From: Basidiobolus meristosporus CBS 931.73
Lineage: Eukaryota > Fungi > Basidiobolomycota
Assembly (NCBI GenBank): GCA_002104905.1
Contig: MCFE01000734.1
Coordinates: forward strand, 1 to 41,397
Direction: 5' to 3'
Length of the DNA stretch: 41,397 nucleotides
The stretch's first letter is position 1; every line of letters begins with the position of its first letter. The notes beneath the pieces were generated by a model. The model was not told the DNA's origin and did not search any database. It saw nothing but the letters and a program-made list of their open reading frames with translations. The position numbers and the translations under genes were made by a program. Of the stretch, positions 22,739 to 33,299 are shown in pieces.

Positions 22739-25693
22739 ATCAATTAGGCTTAGCTTTATGAAGCCAGCCTTTGCCCAGCGGACATTCTCCATATAAACCC
22801 GCACAAAACCAATGCGTATATGGCAAGTCTGATTACACGAACTCAACTACTTTCTCGAAACGGATGGCTTCTGAGACATCCCATTCACAAATCACATAGA
22901 CTACACATTGGGAACCTGGCTTTCCAATCGAGGCTGGATAGCGTACGTGCATGGACGTTTATAGGAATACCATGACGAGCATGATGCTGGAGGGAAGAGA
23001 AGGGCCTATATATGGGATTCATCACTCTCCAAAATCGTCGGGCTGTGCCAGATCATGATTATCCCAAGCAACGCTGGGTGCTGCCCATTCGGTGCAGTGT
23101 ATGATGCAATGGCACGTTCTGGAACAGAGGCCCCCAACACCCTGGCACACCAGCACCCTAAACAACCAGCGTCAATGTTGAAGGGCAACGTAGCGCCAGT
23201 CTCTAGCACCAAGCGCCGTTGTCTGGGATGGTCTCATATCTGGCGGATGCTCCAGAACAGGGCTTTCCCCAGGATCACCAGTGATGCCATTTCATCGACC
23301 AGAAATTCTATGCGGTGTGAATGCAAATCCTGAAAATCACCTGAACATGCTATTGTTGCTGTTCATGCTTGAATGGCCTTGGCCGATTTGAAACATCCGA
23401 GGATATCTCATCAGATCTAATCCGCTTGTTCACGGGAGTCGAGTCGCCCATAGGTCCATCGTACGTTTGGAATTGCTGGTGAATATTATGCGGGAATACT
23501 TGATGCTAACCAGCTGACGAATGGAATCCTCGGTAGCATATATCGTGATTTTATCTGTTCAACCGTAATGGCAATGATATATCATCAACCACCACCAGAT
23601 TCCAACCAAACCCAGTCATTGCTTATCATGGCGCCCATTTATAGAACTTTGACGCCAGGTATGCAAACCCGTATCACGGTGGGTTTTGGAAACACCACCA
23701 TCAGTGGGTCCACCCGCTGCGCTCTTCTTGACTCTGTCCATGCATCTAGAGTTCACACTGTGCCGCATCGAAATGGGCAAACGCATCTGGCCAATCTGAT
23801 CCATATCACCTTTCACCTCAGAATCTATGTACAAGGCTTAGAACATTCCGATACTAGATATTTCTTGCTATCTTAAACCATTCACCAGAATGGGTGAGCC
23901 AAAGTATTATCAACCAACCCCCAGCCATTGTATTAACTTGGTAGTATCAGCGCCCAGAGGGCGGTTTGCTATCCGTCCTGAACAAGGAGTCCGCAAGTAT
24001 GACACATTGTTTGGTCAGAAAGTAGAAGTCCACCAAGCCGGTTGCCATTTTTGGCGATGCAGTCTTACGGGTCCGCTGAGTTTGTGCCATGCCATTAATC
24101 CTCCTCTTGGGACCATTTGGGAGAGACATTCGGTTGCTTCAAGCTTACATGCCACGCATGCACACCGTTGTCACAAGGCGTAAAACCTGATGCGCTGCAT
24201 GCCTCCACTGTAGGGGTTTTGTTGATCTCTTATGCCACCTTGTAATCACCTAATAAAGTATTTGGAAGCATTAATCTGGTTCAAATCTAGCCAACATTAA
24301 TTGATGCTGCATTCCTTGTCCCTTATGTAACAGAGAACATTCCTCATGAACGTCCAGTGCTCTCGGCTCTTTGGCTTAGTTGTGCTTCTGAAGACTGATT
24401 GATTACCCCCTATCTACCAATCACTTTTCCATGGAGCTACTCATACAAATTCCCTAGCTTGCTCAGAATTTTCAAGTGGTAATCCTCATCAATGACTGAC
24501 AAATCCCAAATTCAGTTCAGTCAGTCAGTCCCAAGATACAAGCCACAAAGAGGATAAAGCTCATTCCCCAAATGGCTTTCAGATGCCAGGATGCTTCAAC
24601 AAAATTGATGATTCTACAGTGCACTAGGGAAACTTCGCATTCGCACCCTACTTCAAGGTTGAATGGACGTGTCCGCCCACTTTATGCATGAAAGGGGAGG
24701 TAGTGCCTGGCAAAGATCACAAGCCCCCAAATGCAAGCACTCCTTTCCACGCACTGGAATTCCCCAATTTGATCGCTTGATATAGCGCAACCCCAAACCG
24801 GTTTGGGTGCTCCATTGATCAAATGGATGGATAGAGATGCTGTTTCGTGTGGCAGCCCAACAACCCAACTATCCCACAGCCTGGCAATAACACATACAAG
24901 CACAGGCCCCGGTGGAAGGCTCTTACGCTGGTGACATTTCGTGTGATCAAGATGAGCTGGAAGTTAATTAGGCTGGGAAATTGGCTAAAACGGAAGTTCG
25001 TTGTTGTCTATTTTCATCGGTAGCACACGCTCAAGTGGGGTGTCGCTGGCTCACACTCAGCAACTCGAATGGCGAATATTCTAAGGTGCAGTAGTCAACA
25101 GGTCGCACAAAGTGCTACCAATGTCTCAGAGAACCCATCCACAAGGCAAGAGAGGATTACACGGTGTCTCTGAGCAGATGCAGTCACAAATTTGCCAGAA
25201 ATCTATCGAGATCTGAGCAGCCTGAGGAATGGACTCGAAGTTGGCCATGTTATCTCAATTGAACCTAATTTCGACCACCTAATTCCCTTGGATATGCGGC
25301 AGATAAGGGCATCAATGGAATTTCTTAGTTCCCCAGCGGGTGGTGGTACAAATGTGGAACCGTATTCTCCATTCTAATGGGTTACATTTTACTCTAATAT
25401 GCAGTACAAATTATTCCCAAATGTTGAACAACCTTAAACCATTGAGGAAAACACCTACTTTCAGGGAGAATTGGATGAGGAATCTGAAATGGGACATTCG
25501 GAAGTATCCAGTTGGGTGAAATGGTCGATTGGAATTTTAGGTTTGCTAAAATGAGTAGCTCATTGGGGTTTAATGTAATACTAGTGATCCCTGGCCAGCC
25601 TCTCATATTCAAGACTCCCGTTGGCTGGCCATTTAAATACCTGCCTTCCCTCTGCCCATTTTCCTCGTTCGCCTTTCACCAGTCAACAGAGCC

Positions 25694-27123
25694 ATGACTG
25701 TCAAAGCAAAGCAAATCCACTCTCAAGAAGGCAAGACCTGGGGAAGAGACAGAGGTACGTCTAACGTTCGTTCACCGTTGCTTTTGATCTTCTCGCTAAC
25801 CCACCATGTGTAGATGTCACGCCTCTTACAAACCTTATCTGCGCATGTATCTTCCTGTTCTGCCCCATCATGGTGTTATACTTCTGGTCCTCATGCACCT
25901 ACTACTCCTGCTCCTTGTACGCTCCCGTCCAAGAACTGAGCGCCCAAAACTTCTCCTTCGAGGCGGTGAAGGGCTTCTTCTGGGAAAAGCTGGTGCCTGG
26001 ACCCACCGCTACCGGCTTCAAGCTGTTCTTCAGCTGGTTGTTGTTCCAAGCCTTCCTTAATGTCACCCTTCCATGCAAGATCGGTTTCGGTCAGATGACT
26101 CCCGCTGGACATTTGCTTCCCTATAAAGTCAACGGCTTGTTTGCCTGGGTCGTCTCCCATGCTCTCTTCATTGGGGGCTCTTTGGTACTTGGCCTTTTCC
26201 CCGCCAGCATTGTTCACGATAACTGGGGAGGGATTCTCATCGCGGTCAATACCTACGGGTACTTCCTCACCATCTTCTGCTTCCTCAAAGCCCATTTGGC
26301 CCCCTCCCACCCCGAGGACCGCAAATTCTCTGGCTACTTTTTCTATGATTTGGTGATGGGTATCGAGCTCAACCCTCGTTTCGGCAAATACTTCGACTTC
26401 AAGCTGTTCCACAACGGACGTCCAGGCATCGTCGCTTGGACCTTGATCAACTTCTCATTTGCTGCCGCCCAGTACCAGAGCATCGGGTACGTGACCAACT
26501 CCATGATCCTGCTAAACTTCCTCCATGCCGTGTACGTGGTCGATTTCTTTTACTTCGAAGACTGGTATCTTCGCACCATCGACATTGCCCACGACCATTT
26601 CGGCTTCTACCTCGCCTGGGGAGATTCAGTCTGGCTTCCATTCATGTATACCCTTCAGTCTCACTACCTCGTCCGTAACCCCGTCGATCTCTCCGCCTTC
26701 ACCTTCCTCCTCCTCCTCGCCATCGGCTTGGCTGGTTACTTCATCTTCCGTACCGTGAACAACCAGAAGGACATCACCCGCAAGTCCGACGGGAAGAACC
26801 TGATCTGGGGCAAGCCTGCTCGCGTGATCCGGGCCCACTACACCACCAGCGACGGCAAGGACCACACCAGTATTCTCCTCACCTCCGGCTACTGGGGAAT
26901 CTCTCGCCATTTCAACTACGTCGGGGACCTGATGATGTGCGCCGCATTTTGTTTCTGCTGTGGCGTGGACCATTTGCTGCCCCACTTCTACGTCATCTAC
27001 ATGTTCATCCTGTTGGTCCACCGTATCCAACGGGATCACACCCGCTGCCGTGGCAAGTACGGAAAGTACTGGGACCAGTACTGCGAGCTTGTTCCCTGGA
27101 AGCTTTTCCCCTACTTCTTCTAA
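25694..27123 (+). CDS. DHCR7: 7-dehydrocholesterol reductase (sterol Delta7-reductase), 456 aa, 2 exons
   Basis: Exon 1 25694-25754, intron 25755-25813, exon 2 to stop 27123. DHCR7-diagnostic motifs: GIELNPRFGK.FDFKLFHNGRPGIVAWTLINFSFAA, YVVDFFYFEDWYLRTIDIAHDHFGFYLAWGD.VWLP..YTLQ..YL, LLTSGYWGISRHFNYVGDL, RC..KYGKYW..YC..VPWKL.P. Confidence 0.93.
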
Positions 27124-27655
27124 GCCATGGATCGGTTGGTCGTATTCTGTGGTCAATAGATGACGGGAAGACATGGTCGTATCGTTCACCCTGAATATAT
27201 TCCCTTGTACAACAGATCTGGTGTTAATAAATGTATTTTTCAAAAATCCCCCTCCCATGCTATTCCCTCCCCCGTAACCCGGCTTCCCTTCTCTAGCCCG
27301 CGGCCATCCTCGTCCTGTTGGGTTCCACTCACGGTGGGTGTGATTGGTGGAGGGATCTCTGACTTTGCAGCCACTGCGTTTCACATGCTTGGCTTACTGG
27401 CCGGTTGTGTGCTTGGCGTGCTCGAGGAATAATGGGTAGTGGTTCGTTTATCGAATCAGTGGATCATTGGCAGGTGAAGATTGAAGGTGACCGTGGGGAT
27501 GGTGCCGAACCGTATCGCGGCCCAGAATCACCGGTCACGGAGCTAATGATGGCGCGCCGGGTGGAAACAGGTATGAGAGGCGTTAGCTCAGTGGAAATCA
27601 AGGTACGAAATTCCATGCCCTCTGGTGGGCTTTCTGCATCAATCAGGATGATCGG

Positions 27656-27774
27656 CATCACCACCGCCACCGCCATCACTATCGCTATCGTCATCACAAT
27701 GCTCATCAATCATCAACAAAAGCATCACTATCAACATCACCACCAACATTCGTCACATCGGTATTCCCATCACC
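27656..27774. repeat. Degenerate (CAT/CAC/ATC)n low-complexity tract
   Basis: catcaccaccgccaccgccatcactatcgctatcgtcatcac...catcactatcaacatcaccaccaacat; it accounts for the His/Ile-rich ORFs at 27405-27788. Confidence 0.6.
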
Positions 27775-30700
27775 AGTCTGTCACATGATCCAGAGTCGAC
27801 CAGGGAGGGGTTCGCTCATCACATGTGAATCTCCACGGCCTCTTATCAGATCCCCACCAATTGCTGCTTGATGTCAGCATGGGCCTGGAGCCGGATGTCG
27901 CAGGCGATTGGGACCCATACCTGGCCCACTCCCCTTCAGTGCGCAGTCCAGCCGCCCATCCCTCTCTTCCGAAGTGGAAGCCAGCGTAAACCCATCACTC
28001 CGAATCAGCGTTGGCTGAATTGGTTCGTTGGTGCGCCTGCGTCGCACGCATCCCCTTCATGCCCGGTCATCTGCCCTGCAGAAGACGTGGAGGATCACCT
28101 GACCCGGGGAAAGGGCTGCCAACCATGGAACCCCGAACACATTGAACCAGCCTCTTTGACATCCCTCTCTCCCCCGTCTCCTCCCTCTCCCTCTCTCCAG
28201 TAGAAATCCTCGGGTAGGATTGAAAAGGAAACCCGCTGGGAACGTGGGGAATTGATTGGGAGTGATTTCCAATCCATTTGATGAGCAGGGATAGGACAAA
28301 ATATTGGTTACACTCCACATCTAATAGACTGTATTGAGAGCACATGCGACAAGGCACGCCCAGGGTGCTTGAAAGTGAGAAAGAGATGGGGGGGGGTGAA
28401 GGATGCTCGTACAGGTCGAAGAACACCAACCAGTCAATAGGTCACCTGGGTGGGCATGTAAGTTGATTGACTCTCGCTGAGCGAGGCGCAGCCAATTGGG
28501 TCCCTCGTAAAAGCGAAGTGCTATGCTCCCTGCCGTTCGAATCCCCCATCCGAGGTTGTGCCACAGCCCTAACCATTTCTAGTACATCCCGCACTGATTG
28601 GGAAGATACACAGAGGCCTCGGATGGGCCTCGGGTGTGGTTGTCTTTGGGTTCTAACGGGTGTCCGTATAAGATCAAGGCAAGACTGTACCAACCGACCA
28701 AATGAGATCCCGGTGGTTGCATCAGAGCGGGTGGTGAACATTACTCCCTTGCTAGCCTCGTCGGCCATCAACGTGAGGCCATTTCTGACCATGGGGCCCA
28801 CCAAACCGGTGCTTCCAACGTCGATTTGATAGGCGGTGGAGGAGACAAGAGGAAGGGAATGTTTCGCGCCTAATCCACAAGGCTTCGGTAAATCATGTCG
28901 TCGATTCATTGGACAGGTGATTGGCACTTCCCAAACCGATCTGGAAGGGGGGGGGGTTACAATTCATGTCATGCCGTGCCATGCCATGTTCGGGCTTAGG
29001 CTGACTTGTGATGAATGTGCATGGGAAGGGCTAGTGGCTGAGCCCAGAAGAATGGGATGTTGCTCAGTGGAGGGTGGGGGCAAGGCAAGCCTGATGCCTT
29101 GGGGTTGAGGTGCCACTCATCGGTCACTTCCAGGGCAAATCATGGAGGCTGTCTAGAATGAATCTTGTCCAATACCAGTTCAAAGAGTGCCTTTCCCGAT
29201 ATCCGATCATGTATATGGATCCATGCGGTTTCTAGAGAGCTCCTGGTCCTCAAATCTGGTGGGATCCAAGTTGTCAAGGGAGCCAGGTTTACCCAGCGCA
29301 CCGAGGTAATGCTATTGGTTGACGGCCATGAACGTCGAACGTCGAACTTCGACCATTCTCTCCTCCCCTAGGGAATCTTTGGTGTTGCGAACGCGCGGTT
29401 GTATCAAGACCACACTAATCCTACCGACAATGGATAGAGATCCATTCAACGAAGTCCCCACCTCTCATGAGTCATGGCAATTCGCATGACGGCTCGATTT
29501 ACGCCAACCTCGCAAATAATGGGTGGCCGCATGTGGTAAACAACGAAGCCGGGGGACATGGGAACAGAATGTATATCATGAGAAGTTTTGGCTAGATTCG
29601 TTGCCAGATCGAGTGGTGAAACTCAGGGATCGTTGGTTCGAGGAGTGCATGACACCGTGTCTACCATGGAAGTCGATGGTTAACCTTGGGCCCTGTGAAT
29701 ACGTTCTAGTGATTTCTGGTGGGATCGCTCTCCCCAAGAAGTCCAATTCATAGATGCCAGAATGGGTTATTGGCTCCACACGAACCATGGGCCTGGGGGT
29801 CAAAGCTGCTGGAGGTAGAATTGAAGTCGGGAGAACATCGCGCGTGACGATGCGGGGACAGAGATGGATAGACAGAAGTGTTTCGCTCGTTGGGTTATTA
29901 CGTGAAAGGGTGGGACCATTCCTTTTCGTAGGGCATCGTGAAGACGCCGCGGAGGGCCACTGCATGACGCGTGCAGCGCTTGTGAGCTTTCGGATGACCT
30001 CGAGAGCCCCCTATCTTTTCGTGATTTCCACTGTCCAGCAGAATCGATGAAAATTGGTGGGAAGCTTGGCCACGAGAGGTCGTAGACGGATGATATCATC
30101 CACCATGGGTGGTCAAAGACCAGCCTGGTCGTTTGGGACGGACTCACTTCCTGGCGAATCTTTCATACTTGGAAGGGTTGCTGCTTTTCGGCCGGGGCTA
30201 CTACCATATTCGTACCGTGTCACCATGCTGTCCCACTTCACTTGGACCAGGAACTCTCGGTCGCTACTCAATTAAGAGTATCTCGGAGGGGAGGGGGGCT
30301 AGGTTTCACGTTTGGCGTCTGAAGTGAGCCAGTGAGGGTCTACATGTACCACATATGGCAGCCGGTCATGCACTCTGACTTGACCCCTAGCCCTGATTGT
30401 TGGAAGGTGCGCAGGTTCGAACCTAGCGGGATTTCCATCCTCCTTGGTTGAGTGCTCTTCACATGTAGTGATCAGCCAGTTTCGAGAACCCAAATGGACC
30501 CCCGGCCATTTTGGGGGATGGCGCGACACGTGTCAGAACCTCTGGGACCCTTGACATCCGGTGAAAAAAACCGGCCTTGGCCTACAAAGAATAGAACTGT
30601 AGACGCGAAGTTGCGCAGCCGTAATGATCGCTGACTTCAATGTATACCTTGGAGCCTGCGTTATGGACTGAGAGATGGAAAATCCATCCACGAGATGATG

Positions 30701-31581
30701 AAGCGGAGGACCCCTATCATCCCCAGATGAATGGAGCTTGGAGATGTGTGAACAGCCCTGCCACTGGTATGGTCAGCTCTATGTTCCATGATTTAATAAT
30801 ACTCAATTGGACAGGCTCTGGATTGGTAATGATGCAAGGGTTCAAGACTGTCCACATATGTCCAAATCATGCTTGTCCTCAACTATTGGATAATATATCA
30901 AGAACATTGGGATCCCAAAAGGCCTCACTCTACTTGCTAGGCAACCAATGGAACCTTGGAACCACTATCAATAGTAGTTTCCCTCTTTGTTAAGGGCCAA
31001 TACAGTGTCTGTATTTATAGCAGACCTTTGGTACAATAGAATTGTCCCCTTGTGTCATATAGTGTAGTCTTAAGTAGTGCTGTGTATTGTACTATTGATT
31101 TGGTAAATCAGCATGCTGTGTTAGATATTCTGCCAAAAAAGCTGTACCTCAGATTTCCAAGCACAACTTGGTCAAAATATTCCACCTCAAGAGGCCCTAA
31201 ATCACTGTTGATTAGTTGTGTACTACTTCTCTCACATTCTGATCCTAAACAGTCAATCATCCCGTACATTTCTGTACTTTGACTGGCTATTGCCTATTTT
31301 TCACACTCCTTCTTTACTGAATCCACCAGTGCTCTTAAATTTGATGCATACAGATTGGTTGATTTTCAGTGATCCTGAAGATGTAACTTGATCACAGATT
31401 GAACCAATCTATACAAGTCCCTATACCCAATACCAGCATTAAGCATTACCTCACATTCAACATGCAGCAGCATTAAAATTCACCATTCCACAACTGTGTC
31501 TCTACCTTACATTCTTTGCCCATGACTTTGGCAGGAGCCCAGTGGCTTTGTGCCATTGTTTGTGCACTTGTTCCCAAATAT

Positions 31582-31957
31582 CCCTAGGAGAAATCTCAAA
31601 GTTAAAATTCATTGGATCTTCAGCTGGTATGCTAATGGTGTTTTGCTGGTATTCAATTGGTGGTTCTACTTCAAATTCACAGTTGCAATTTTTGGTTGAA
31701 GTAATGTGGGGCTGATCACCAAGCTTTGTATGGATGCTTGTTGGTCTGGTCTCCCCCTGGGGAAGTTGTCTGTCTGTCTGCTGCTAAGCTAGTACCTGAG
31801 ATACAGAGAGCTGATGCTTTTGGGAATGTTAGAATTGAGCTGATATTATTGAATTGAGGAAAAAACACTGGCTGAATACCAGCAAAATAACATGAGCATG
31901 TCAGCAGAATACCAGATGAAAATCTGATGAACTTCAAGTTTGAGATTATTTGTAGGG
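31582..31957. mobile_element. 376-bp foldback/MITE-like element with ~110-bp degenerate inverted arms and CCCTA...TAGGG termini
   Basis: 31582-~31690 (ccctaggagaaatctcaaagttaaaattcattgg...ttgctggtattca) matches the reverse complement of ~31848-31957 (ccctacaaataatctcaaacttgaagttcatcag...ttgctggtattca). No clear TSD. Confidence 0.55.
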
Positions 31958-33299
31958 CTCACTTCTAGAAAAGCACCAATCTCTATTTTGCCAGTATGTT
32001 CTGATAACACAAAAGCAGCTGTATCAGTCCAAGTTAGTAGAGGCACTCTGGGAATAGCAACCAAATAATCCATGGTAATATCTGATACTAAACTGGGTAA
32101 ATCAAGATGCAAAAAGACTTTGAATCTACTGCAAAAGAAGTAATTGGTCCAAAAAAAGTTATTACTACTTAAGGAAGACAAGAAGAACCACCCTAGATCA
32201 TTTTTGCTGACCTGACTCACTCAACAGACACAGCTCAAGTGTAGGTAAATCCCAGGTCAGAGTTGAGCAGAAACCTTGTTTAGGGCATATAGTATGTGCC
32301 TCAGTGTCAGAAAATGAGGGTAATCTGGACCAGGAGTAAATAACAAAACCTTAACTTGGCCCAATATATGCTATTATTTTTTACCTCATATAGAGTCTAT
32401 TTGACAGGAGCAATTATCCCTGAGCCTAATATGGATGCTCAGTGAAGTTGTCCAAAGGAATCAGACTATTGCCCAGAAATAAGGAAACTCCATATTTGCT
32501 GTAAATAACAAAGCTTTAACCTCACCAAGAGTGAGTTAATTTTGCTCAAATGGGAAGCATTCAATAGCCCAGAGGCTATATATCATTATTCCAATATGAC
32601 AATCAGATTCAGCTCATCATTAAAGCCTATGCAAGTAATTAAAGATGATGATTGGTATTGTGACCAGATCATTCTGATTTTTTGGCATACTATTAGGTAG
32701 ATATTTATATTGAGTTACAAGTTATTTGCTCAATTAAGTTAAACGCAGATGCATATACCATGGGATAACATATTAGTCCAGTATGCAACATAGTTAAATT
32801 TTATAGGCTTCATTACAGATTGCACACTCTCAATATTTATTTAATACTTATGAATTTTTTGTTGATTGGGAGTGATGTAATTATTAACTTGTATCCAAAT
32901 ATTCATACTAACTTAATTACATGGGTCTTATTCTGTGATTAGTATTATGTCCTGATCAGGTTTCTTGTTGGGATTTGCTTCAAACATTCTTACCAAATTA
33001 TCTGGTACCCATATTATAACCTTTCTCAAAGTTATCTAAAAGACCCCAAGCTTTGCACATATACTCTTAGGACCTTCCTTAATGAGCTCTACATATTTGT
33101 TTGTCTTACTTTATCTAAAGTATAAATACCAAACTTTTGATCAATAAGTCTACAAGTGAATAACATGTAAATACTCCAGTTCTCCATATCACTTCTAGTA
33201 CATCCAATTGCCATACATGGTAAAAAACTTGATGATGTTTTTGACAGCCTCATTGCAAGCCTATGATGGCATTATCATGGCAGTTTGGCAGCCTACAGC

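Noticed and set aside
25035-25043. SRE-like CACCCCAC ~650 bp upstream of DHCR7 (and ATCACGTG near 17011)
   Set aside because: An 8-mer is expected about once by chance in a window this size; it would need conservation evidence.
25891-27384. 173-aa and 252-aa minus-strand ORFs
   Set aside because: Antisense to DHCR7; explained by its C-rich third codon positions.
30350-30435. tRNA-like segment with GGTTCGAACC (B-box) and an upstream TGGC...GG A-box-like motif
   Set aside because: No acceptor stem or anticodon stem pairing could be built and the T-stem has a mismatch; at best a relic, not a supportable tRNA.
27405-30634. Many 60-160-aa ORFs in the GC-rich spacer
   Set aside because: They overlap on both strands, lack splice or domain support, and are partly generated by low-complexity repeats.
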